Origin: Girardia tigrina
Lineage: Eukaryota
DNA: 56,313 nt
Direction of reading: 5' to 3'
Assembly (NCBI GenBank): GCA_001938485.1
Contig: MQRK01191162.1
Location: 1 to 56,313 of the forward strand
The position numbers and the translations under genes were made by a program. Positions 24,601 to 35,227 of this stretch are shown here, in pieces. How positions within the stretch are numbered: the stretch's first letter is position 1; the number at the start of each line of letters is the position of its first letter. The notes below the pieces were generated by a model that saw only the letters and a program-made list of their open reading frames with translations, ran no database searches and was not told where the DNA came from.

Positions 24601-27600
24601 TGTGAGAGGTGGTTGCAACATCAATATCCGAATTCATTTTTTAACACCAAACTTTATTTTTTTAGTTTTAAAATATTGAATAAGCATATTAACATTAAAA
24701 TATTTTACCTTTTAAAAAAATAATAAATTTTTCTGACGAGATAAAAATTTAAATTAACCCCTCATATCCCCTTTCGTTATGAATTTTCTCAATTTTTTTA
24801 TGTCTCGATCTAAAATTCTTCCATCTTCATTTATTAGTTTATACCTTCTGTCGTGTGATTTCTCTATCACTTTATACGGTCCTTCATATTTATCTTTACT
24901 CTTTATCCCCGTTTCCACCTTGACTAGTACTTCATCTCCAATTTCGAAATTTCTTCTGGTTGTTGTGTCTTCTTTTTCTTGCTGTACCTTTATGTCTTGA
25001 CTATGCCATCTTTCTCTGTATATTTTCTTACCGAATATAATTTCTACTGGGCTCTTCCCTATTGTTTTCTGAAAAGTTGCGTTAATTGTGAATTCTATTT
25101 CCGGTAGTAGTTCCTCCAAGTCTAATCTTTTCTTTGTACGTAACGATGCGTTTAAATATTCTCTAATCGTCCGAAATTGTCTTTCTACTATTCCATTCGT
25201 ATTATGATGGTACGGACTCGAGTAACACATTTTTATATTCATTGATTCTGCCATGTTTTTGATTACTTTTACTTCGAATGTCTTGCCAAAATCTGTATGA
25301 ATTTCCTTCGGTGCTCCAAATGTCAAGATTCATTTGGTCATTATCGTGTCTTTTATGGTTATTTCATCCTGCTTGCTAATGGCTGTCAAAGATATGTACC
25401 TACTAAACTGATCTATAATTGCAACAATATACTTTTTTCTTCTCTAAGTCTCTTTTAGTGGTCCGCATATGTCTATGTACACTTTCTCAAATGGTTCATT
25501 TGCGACCAGTGTCACCCGTTTTTCCTTTGTAGCGGTCGTTAATGTTTTACTTTTTTGGCATGCTTCACATTGTCCAATTACTTCCTTTATTATTTCATTC
25601 CGATTGATCATGTCATAATTTTCTGAGATGTATTTCGTTACTTTCACTGCGCCCGCGTGCGACAATAGTGTATGTATTTGTATGATCATTTCTTCTCTTT
25701 TTGACTTTGGTATCCAAATCTTCCCCATGTTTGTTCTTATTATGCCATCTTCGGTGGTACGCTTTCTGTCTTTACCTGAACTTGGGTCTCTTTTAATTTC
25801 TTCTATTTCTTCTTGTTGATATTTGAATATCTGCGATGTGTCCAGCACGTTGATTCTTCGAGTCTTTATCTTCATGAGCCATCAAGCATTGTGTACATGT
25901 ATCACATGTATTCCGAGACAACATATCCGCGTTGGAATTATCTGTTCCTTTTCTGTATTCTAAGTGTATGTCCAGGCTTGATAAATAATTTATCCATGTC
26001 TGAAATTGCGCCGTTATTGGTTTTTTTGTTTTAACCATAAACGTAATTACCTTATGATCCGTTCTCAAAGTGAATCGCTTTCCGTATAAATAATGATAAA
26101 AATGCTGACAGAAGTAATACATTGCCAACAGCTCTATCCTAGTAATGCAGTATTCTTTTTCATGATTATTCATGGAGTGTGAACGATATGCAAAACTCTC
26201 TCACGTCCGTCCTCGTCTCTTTGGTATAATACTGCTCCAATCGTGTCGAAACTGGCATCAGTGTCCAGTATAAATTCTTTCTAGAAGTCTGGGAATCCTA
26301 GAATCGGTGGTGTTGTTAAAGCCTCTTTCATCTCTGTAAATGCTTCATCACATGCGTCAGTCCATAACAATTTCTTCTTGTTCAATCCACACAGTTGTTC
26401 CAATGTCTTGGTTTTTGTTGCGTAGTCCTTAATAAATCGTCCGTAATAATTGCAAATTCCAAGGAAACTTCTTAGATTCTTTACACATTTCGGTTTTTCA
26501 AATGTCTTTATGGCTTCTAATTTAGATGGGTCCGTCTGTATATCTTTTTTCATTAATTACATGTCCCAAAAATTTAACTTCCGTTTTTAAGATGTGGCAC
26601 TTTTCCGGATTGATTCTTAAACCTGCTTTCCCGGTTTGATCCAATACTTTATCCAAAGTTTCGTAATATTGTTCCAACGATTTTGAAAATATAAGAATGT
26701 CATCTAAATATACCACTGTCTGTTCTATGTCTCCGAGCACCTTTGTCATGAGTTCCTGAAACGTTTCCGGTGCCACTGCTATACCAAACGGCATTCTATT
26801 GAAACAAAATTGACCTAGCTTTGTGGAAAATGCTGTTTTCAACTTTGAATCTTCCTCTAGTTCGACCTGGTAGTATGCATTACCTAAATCAATTGATGTG
26901 AAATATCTTGATCCATACAGTCTGTCCATCATTTATATCATATTTGGCATAGGAAATGCCTGTCTCTCCGTGACTAGATTTAGCTGTCTAAAATCCAAGC
27001 AAATTCTAACATCATTCTTCTCTTTCTTCCATACACAAATCATCGGTTTATTCCATGGTGAATTACTTTTCTTAATAATGTTGTTTTCCCACAAATTCTT
27101 AATAGTCTCATCGATCTTTTCTTCCAGATTAACTGGTTGCCTATGTGGTCTAAGGTTAATTGGAGGTCCTTTCGTGTCTATTCTATGTTTAATCATCGTC
27201 GTACATCCGATATTCCATTTATCCGCCATAAAAACTCCTTGATGTTTTTTAACAATATCTACAATCTTTGGTTTATCTGCAATTTTCATAATTTCCATGG
27301 CTCTTTTGAATCTTTCCTCGTTTGAAACCTTAAGTCCAAATTTGGCTTCTAAGTTACATACTTGATAAAATTGTTCGTTCACACCATTTTCTTTCTTTTT
27401 CCAATGTAACTCGATTCCAAACGTCATCTGCAAAGTTATTCCTCCTATAATGTCTGGTTTTATGTCATTTACTACAATGAACGTTATATTTCTCCGTTTT
27501 TCTTTAATTTCTACGTCCACTGAAATTTTACCCATACAATCTAGCTGACTACTGCCCACACAGTTTAATTTAATATCAGCCTTTTCTAATTTTACGTTCG

Positions 27601-29174
27601 TTAGTTTCTCAAAAATCTTTCTATGGATTACATTTACTCTTGCACCTATGTCTAATAAACAATCTTCTACGTTACCTTGTATCATCAACTTTATACTCGG
27701 TCGGCCTTGCATTCTATCATACGATATACTTTCTGCTTTCCATTCATCTATTGACAAAATGCTGATAATTTCTTCTGTGTTCTTTTCTTCAATTGTTCCC
27801 ACTAAACATCGTCCAAGCTTGTCCTCAAAAGTTTCATTCTTTATAAATTTCCGTACTTTATCATTTACTCTTGCTTCGCTTATCTCAACATTCCTTTCAT
27901 CGTTTTGGGAGTCGCTGGTATCCTTTAATTTATTGCCCCGACTGGCTCCACTTCTGTCGAGGTGTTGCCTTTTGAATGTTCACTTCCTGTAACCGATTCT
28001 TCATATTCCTCTTCAATGTTATTCACGAATCTTCGATTATCTCCTAGTCTTCTGTCTTCTCTCTCTCTATATCTTTGTTGATTGTAGCCCGATCATCGAT
28101 AGTTATTGTCCCCTGTATTTTGCTGTCTTCTTCTGCCATTAAGGTTTGTATAACATTCACTTTCACTGTGATATTTATCTTGAAATCTTTTGCATTCGAT
28201 GTTTGGACAGTTTCTTCTTACATGTCCCCGTTGTCCACAACTATAACATTTTATTGGTCTCCTTTCCGAACAATTTCTTATCATGTGTCCTTCTTTTCCA
28301 CATCCGAAACACTTGATTGGTTTTCTTTGTCTATACGTTTCACTTGTGTGACCTACTTTTTCACAATTTCTACATTTAACCACTTTCATGCCTTGAGCGT
28401 ATTCTGTAGTATTTCTACCAACCCCTGTCTGATTTTGTCCGTATTTACTCTCTCCTGTTACTGCTTCTCTGTAACTCCGGGGTCTGTTTTGCATCCCCTG
28501 GTCTCTTACTACATACACGTCTTCTGTCACACTTTTGACATCATGTACAGCCTTTATCTTTTCTTTTATCTCATCTATTCCTTTCACTTTGTTAAGTCTC
28601 ACTTCCTTTTTTATGTCCACATCATCACAACAATGTAACAATAATGCTTCCGTGAGGGCCTCTTTTGACAAGTCATGTTTCAAGATCTTGGCTGCGATTT
28701 TTTCTACTTTCTCAAAAAATACTTCCGGTATATCTTCCTTCATCCTGTACCGGCATGCCTCAGTCAGGTCTTTGAGGAAGTTCGAGAGAATGCCTTTCTC
28801 AATCGGTCTTATCTACCGCTTTGTATCGATCTTTCAGATCTCTCACCAACAAACAAACGACTATTGTCTCTTGTTTGGCCTTCGTTATTCCTGCAAAATT
28901 AAAGAATGTTTCCCATTCTTCAACAAATGTCTCCACATTATCGCATTTCCTGTACTTTTCAGGTAACAGTTGATCCGTGAAGATATTCATTGCAGCGTTA
29001 GTCACCATGTGAGAGGTGGTTGCAACGTCGATATCCGAATTCATTTTTAGAACACCAAACTTTATTTTTTTAATTTTAAAATATTGAATAAGCATATTAA
29101 CATTAAAATATTTTACCCTTTAAAAAAATAATAAATTATTCTGGCGAGATAAAAATTTAAATTAACCCCTCATA
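24601..29174 (-). mobile_element. Compact full-length Ty3/Gypsy LTR retrotransposon (gag-PR-RT-RH-IN), decayed
   Basis: LTRs 29008-29174 and 24601-24766 (~165 bp), PBS-like TGGTGAC, PPT GAAAGGGGA. Gag with CCHC knuckles, PR LLDIGA, RT YLDDILI, RH LDTDAS...ELLA...TDHK, IN H-H-C-C, IDICGP, HTDFG, NGIVER, GPY. Candidate TSD TATCT/TATTT. Confidence 0.95.
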
Positions 29175-31119
29175 TATTTAATAACAAACATAGAGATATG
29201 TATGTGTATAACCCATTTTATTTTCGAGTGTTCGATCGTGTACTTTGCTTGGGTTTGTTTGAAATGTGTAATAAGTGTAAATACGTGTTATTTTTTTTAT
29301 TATTTTTGAACAATTTTTTTCTGGTCAAAGAATAAAAAAGAGAAGATGAAGAGACAACAAATAGAAATAGACAAGCATCAAAAATTGTCATTTATTAGTC
29401 AATCGAATTATTTAAAAATTAAAAAGTCAAGAACTGAAAGACTAAAGAGTACGAAATTTGGTTTACTGAATTCGTGATAATTATCAAAATGTAATAAAAA
29501 TTAAAATTAGAAATTTTAAATTAAAAAATCAATAGAAAATTAATATTGCCATAAACGGCAGAATTTAACATTTCTGATTTCAATATATTCGTCTTGATAT
29601 ATTTGTCTTCTCAATAGAAAAAATTTATAACCAAGTTGCTGATTACTTTTGGGACACTGTTGATTAGTAAAATCAGAGAGGAATTTCCTGACAGAATTGT
29701 AATTTGACTGACGAAAGTCAAAACTATAATTTGCCAGACAATAATAGAAAATAATACATATAATAATTTGACAATAATCGATATAATTATATCTGATATC
29801 CATGAGACAATTTATCCAAGCAATACTGTTATATTTCGTGAGTAAATTTTTTATTCGAATTAAAGTTCATAGTTAAATCGAAATTTGTAATTTTTTTATT
29901 TTATCGTTGACTCCATCTCTATCAATAATCACACCTAAACAGGTGCGCCAAATAATATCTAGTTTGGTTAGCTTGGTTAGTTTTCCTCTCAATAGTAAAA
30001 AAATAACGGATTCACATCCTCCCAGATAGGAGAATGAGATTTGTTTTTTTATACAGTATGTAAAGAAAAATTATTAATCACACAGAATAAAAATTAGATT
30101 TGAAAAACACACCCTTAGTAATACCTAATTTTACTTTAAAGAATAGGTTCTTTTCCGATACCTTTAATCTTATGGATATGGTTACTCAAAAAGATAGAGA
30201 TAAATAAACAATAATATCAGTTTAATAGAAATTTATTTACAAATATTTATGAATGATTTTAAAAATACATAAATAATTATAATTTTACTGTTATGGAATA
30301 TAATTTCGGATGAAACTCAATTGTTGTAATTCTCGTTCTTCAACAATTCTCGGGTTCTCTCCTCGAAAATCACTTTGATCATTGATTTTTCTGTGCGCTG
30401 GAAATAATAATTTGCTCCAAAAAAACTTGTTTTTTTTTGTTTTTTTACAGTATTCAAATGCGAAATTGAAACTTTCCTCATAGCTAGTGTGGATTAAAAA
30501 GTCAGTTATCATTTTTATGCTTCTGATATTTATACTAAAATTTATGTATTTGGGCGTTAACCAACTCTTCTAATTTTATAGTTTTTTTTTTAAATTTAAA
30601 CTTCTTTTCGCTACCATGGGCGTGATCTTTAATTTTAATTTCTTTTAGATTTCTTTATTATATCTTATTTCTCTCATTTCTGTCTTATTTTCTTTTTTAT
30701 TATAAATTAGAATATAATCTTTAATTTATAGGTAATAATATAGCGCAATAAATAAATAATACCTTCGTATTATTTAGTGTTGTCAAAAAACTTATTTACA
30801 AAATTTATATAAGAAAATAATAATATAAACATTTCCCCAACAAATTTGTGTCATAAAGAAATTTTTAATTTGCTTGTTGGACTGAAAGAATTTAATTGAT
30901 TTTTAGGATAATACAAGGAATTTAATTGCAATATAAAAACATATACAAAACAAAAAATTTTAAATACTTTTAAGAAATACTTATTTTAAAAGGTTAATAA
31001 CGTCAGAATCAATTTTGTTGGATGTACCGTCATATTCTACAAATAATCCAGAGACACAAAAGACAGAAAAGTGTTAGTAATAGTGCGAACATAGAAAGAT
31101 CTGTTTAAGAATTAAAGTA

Positions 31120-31329
31120 CCGTAAATTCTGGACTATAAGCCGCACTTAAAAACCTGAAATGAGTCATAATTTAAGAGTTGCGGCTTATACGATTTTATA
31201 ATGTTTTTATTTGTTTTATAATGTTTATAATGTTTTTTTATATAATGTCATAGCTTATAATGTTTTTCTTGGGAAAAGCAGGCAATGTGGACTTATAATA
31301 CGGTGCGCCTTATAGTGCGGAAATTACGG
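31120..31329. mobile_element. pogo/Tc2-like MITE
   Basis: TA-CCGTAAATTCTGGACTATAAGCCGCAC ... GTGCGCCTTATAGTGCGGAAATTACGG-TA: TIRs with TA TSD. Confidence 0.85.
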
Positions 31330-31599
31330 TAATTTTAAAATTCTTTTGACAATTCGATAATAACGGCGGATGTTTTATCTTATCTTTTTTTAACTTTATT
31401 GAAAATATTATATCCTATTCGTTATTACATAAGAAATTACGTGAAAATAACTTTGTTAAATAAACACCGAATTCGGACTGTTTAATTGAAAATTAAATAT
31501 TCATTGAAAAATTATGTTGTTTAATCAAAAATCACTAACCCAAAGACTGAATATTTTCTATTAACCATGGGTCGGTGGAAATTTGATCTGATACCTTCG

Positions 31600-32160
31600 T
31601 ACATTCAATTGCATAAATTTCCTGACAACATTTTGTCAGTCACCATCATCTCCAATTAAAACCAACTTTATCTATATAGATACATTCGAAATCTTCTATC
31701 CAGATCTTAAATAATTGACTGCGTATTCTTTTCACAGTGATTTTTCTCGATCAAAGTTTTTTGTCGGAACATATTTTCTAACCTTTAGGATTTTGAATTT
31801 TTGTTGCATCAAATCATCCATTGTTGATGGAAAGCATTTAGAGTTGCAAGAATCGACATATCTCTACTAACGTTGAGTATGGGAATTCTTCAAGAAATTC
31901 GAAGATTTTATTTCCTATTTTCTCTGTAAAAATGGAAGGTCTACGACATCCCTGTTTCTTTGCAACAACAAATCCAGTTTTCTTGTATTGGAGGTTGGGA
32001 TCTGGATAATTCAGATACAGTTGACACAAATTCTCCGGATACGGTGCTCTCAGCTCTCTCAAACAAATCGTCATTCACCATGTGATCGGTTATCTGGATT
32101 TATCCTTTCTCTTCAAGTCATTATATCATTCTCAAAAAAGCGGTTAAAACATTTTGAATA
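31600..32160 (-). pseudogene. IS630/Tc1-like transposase remnant (probable target of the boule-carrying element)
   Basis: YKKTGFVVAKKQGCRRPSIFT...FLEEFPYSTLVEI (HTH region) and CIYIDKVGFN (first catalytic D motif). Confidence 0.6.
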
Positions 32161-32165
32161 CTTTT

Positions 32166-34179
32166 TGTGAAGAACCGAAAGTGTCTTCACTTTTTAAAAT
32201 AAAAAAAACGAGAATAATATTTCCAAAATATATTTCCAACGTCTAACAACTTAACATTTCATTTTGTCAATTTGTTAATCGATTTAATTATATTATAGGA
32301 ATTAAATCATTACACAAGCCCCCCTTTTGTAAGTGGAGCGTTACGTTATTTCAAACAATTTGAAAATTATGTTCGAATCTTGATTTGATTTTGTTACGGA
32401 ATTCGTTATTTAAATGTGTGAAATCAATTTCCTCAAATGGTTTTTTTGCACAAAATCTGATTCGTTTCTGATTTACAATNNNNNNNNNNNNNNNNNNNNN
32501 NNNNNNNNNNNNNNNNNNNNNNNNNNNNNNNNNNNNNNNNNNNNNNNNNNNNNNNNNNNNNNNNNNNNNNNNNNNNNNNNNNNNNNNNNNNNNNNNNNNN
32601 NNNNNNNNNNNNNNNNNNNNNNNNNNNNNNNNNNNNNNNNNNNNNNNNNNNNNNNNNNNNNNNNNNNNNNNNNNNNNNNNNNNNNNNNNNNNNTTTTTTA
32701 TAAATGGATGATATTCCTTTTGATAATCGTGTTTTATGCAACTGTCGATGTCTGTGGTGAAAACCGTCTCTTGATTTGAAATATGAAGATTTGTTTGGTT
32801 AAGAACAAGATTTTTTTTTCATTTCTTCGTGTTGCGAGTAATTGTCCTTGTGGGTTCTGGATGATAGGTTTTCAGTCGAAGTGGTCTGTACTGTCTTGTT
32901 CTGATATGTTTTGTTAAAAGTTTTAACGTCATTTTGAGAAATATGTAGAATTTCGTGTCTTGGAGTCATTGGACTCAACAAATGTGTTGTGGTAGGTGTT
33001 ACATTAGGAGGAGAAAGATTCTGGGATTTTGTAGTAGACANNNNNNNNNNNNNNNNNNNNNNCGTATTAGAACTATTATTACTAGAAGATTGCAAAGGAG
33101 ATTGAGGAGCTGCTGTTAATCCAGCTAATGTAACACATGGTGTTGCAGTGGTCGAATCAGTAGACTTCGGTCTAGTTTGTAGAGATGCACTTGTTGTGCA
33201 TAATTAGGGTTAGGAATTACGGCAGCAGGAATTTGATGAACGTACTGAGGTTGCGGTAAATACATCGTTGTGGTCGATTGAGGTAACATCATAGCTGCAT
33301 ATTGTGGAGGCATCACTGTTAAAGCTGAATAATGTTGCACAGGAACCTGACATAAAAATGATTCATTTTGCAAAGCATATGGAACTGGTCTATTATATGA
33401 AACTGTTCCAGAAATTTCTTGTCGAGGATATAAATGTTTCTTTCTTACAGCTTGTTTAATGTTTAATTTTCTCTCTTTAAAGATCAATGTTTCAGATTCA
33501 TTCTTGGTGAGATTTTCAGCAATTTCTTCATTTTCAAAAGTCACAAATCCATAGCTTCTTTTCGATAATCCNGTACGATCATTTATTATATTTGCGTATT
33601 TAATTGGACCATAATTCGAAAAGAAAATTTTTAATTCGTCCTCAGTTGTATTTGATGTGAGTCCATCCACAAAAATTCTGTTTGGTATAAGTGTACAAAT
33701 TTTAGGTATTGATACGTGAGAAAAAGAATTGAGCTGATTTCTTTGATTGATCTTGTTATGCTTCACTTTCTTTATAGTTTTAGAAATTCCCAATGCCAAT
33801 AAAGAGTATTCAACATTTTTTTGTACATCGAAAAGCAGTCTTTCCATAGCGTTTAATAGAAAATTGTATTTTATGTTCAACTGCGATAAATTATCTTGTT
33901 GATCTTGATATGTGGATAATGCTTCCTGGATTAACTGATTGAAATTTCTTTTTGAAGAACTTTTCTTTTTTAATGGAGGCATCTTCTTTTTTTCTTTTTT
34001 TTCTTCTGACACCAATTGTGAAGAACCGAAAGTGTCTTCACTTTAAAATAAAAAAACCGAGAATAATATTTCCAAAATATATTTCCAACGTCTAACAACT
34101 TAACATTTCATTTTGCCAATTTGTTAATCGATTTAATTATATTATAGGAATTAAATCGTATATAAATTAAATCATTACA
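32166..34179 (-). mobile_element. Non-autonomous short-LTR retrotransposon carrying a boule/DAZ-family gene
   Basis: LTRs 34017-34179 (5') and 32166-32314 (3'), TG...CA, near identical. PBS TGGTGTCAGAAG (34003-34014, tRNA-Leu(CAA) type); PPT AAAAGGGGGG (~32319-32328); perfect TSD CTTTT (32161-32165, 34180-34184). No RT/IN in the sequenced part. Confidence 0.93.
33125..33982 (-). CDS. boule: Boule/DAZ-family RRM RNA-binding protein, intronless, with an extra N-terminal helical region
   Basis: TLIPNRIFVDGL...TTEDELKIFFSNYGPIKYANIINDRxGLSKRSYGFVTFENEEIAENL...ETLIFKERKLNIKQAVRKK parallels the BOULE RRM (GTVIPNRIFVGG...DRAGVSKGYGFVTFE...KKLNIGPAIRK). Followed by a P/Q/Y-rich tail. ATG at 33982. 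Confidence 0.88.
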   Translation of the reverse strand: MPPLKKKSSSKRNFNQLIQEALSTYQDQQDNLSQLNIKYNFLLNAMERLLFDVQKNVEYSLLALGISKTIKKVKHNKINQRNQLNSFSHVSIPKICTLIPNRIFVDGLTSNTTEDELKIFFSNYGPIKYANIINDRXGLSKRSYGFVTFENEEIAENLTKNESETLIFKERKLNIKQAVRKKHLYPRQEISGTVSYNRPVPYALQNESFLCQVPVQHYSALTVMPPQYAAMMLPQSTTTMYLPQPQYVHQIPAAVIPNPNYAQQVHLYKLDRSLLIRPLQHHVLH

Positions 34180-34669
34180 CTTTTGATTAATATTGACAAC
34201 TGTTCCACATTTTGTAATAAATACACGGGAAAATATTTGTGACATGAAAATTTGGTCTTAAATTATTGTTCGATTTTTAAACTTTCTGAAATCGCCAATC
34301 TAAACTCAAAAAATCGCAGAAATTAGCATCTGCAAAATTACATTCAAAATCCATAAAAAATGAAAACATATCGACAGTATCAAATTCAATTCAAAATCAA
34401 AAAATCGGAGTCAAAACACAAAAGAATTTCATTTAAACATTAAAAGTCCGTACTCACGCAAAACATAATGATGTGTTTAAATAACACCAAAGGTAAAAAG
34501 ATATTTTTACAAAATACAGATTTTTCTTTTTTACAAAACAATATTCACAAAAAAACAAATTTTTCATCTACACAAAAATTCATAGAATATAAACATATTT
34601 GTATTTGATTTTAAAAATTTTATTCTTAAAAAATTTCAAATTTTGATCCGAACATACCACTCCCGTCTC

Positions 34670-35195
34670 AGAACCAATGCAAACTTCATCCCATCAATTC
34701 TTCCTCTTGTGCACCGACACAACAAATCATTTCGTCGGAAAATAGCAGTGAACTGCTTACTCTTCTGCCCGAATAACTTTTGAACTGCTTTACTATTTCC
34801 GATAAACGTCATCAAAATCCTCTTTTCCCTCGATGGAACGACCAAATCAACCAACTCTGTACCTTCGATATAATGTCCTTTGACACCATCGTTTCCATCT
34901 GTGCATTTCCAAATGCAATATTGTACTTCCGGAGAGTTTTAAAAAACGATCTAAATCTAATTGAAGTTATTGTTATAAGTTCTAGGCCGACTCGAACTTC
35001 ACACGAGACACATCTTCCAAAGGAGGACTCCTTATAAAGGAAATTAACGTACTTCAACTGGAGATCAGAATCTCTCTGATATGTTTGGGTCAGATCTAAA
35101 ATTCCCATAAAACTCAAAATACTGTTTCTCTCTATCAAATAATTCGAACTGAAGTTATTTGAAAACACCTACAGCATTTTCTTTGTAGTGATCCT
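34670..35195 (-). pseudogene. Highly decayed, internally deleted beta-tubulin pseudogene
   Basis: DLTQTYQRDSDLQLKYVNFLYKE...KGHYIEGTELVDLV resembles the beta-tubulin N-terminus. It is fused to TFIGNSKAVQKLFGQKSKQFTAIFRRNDLL, resembling [30 protein letters not shown]. Confidence 0.85.
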
Positions 35196-35227
35196 TCCCA
35201 TAATTCTCTTCCTTCTAAACTTCCAAC

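Noticed and set aside
29540-30512. Two short minus-strand ORFs (87 and 73 aa)
   Set aside because: No motifs, AT-rich; cannot be distinguished from chance or decayed TE sequence.
33125-33982. Interpreting the boule ORF as the ordinary host boule locus with chance flanking repeats
   Set aside because: It is intronless and bounded by LTRs with correctly oriented PBS and PPT and a perfect TSD, which indicates retrotransposition.
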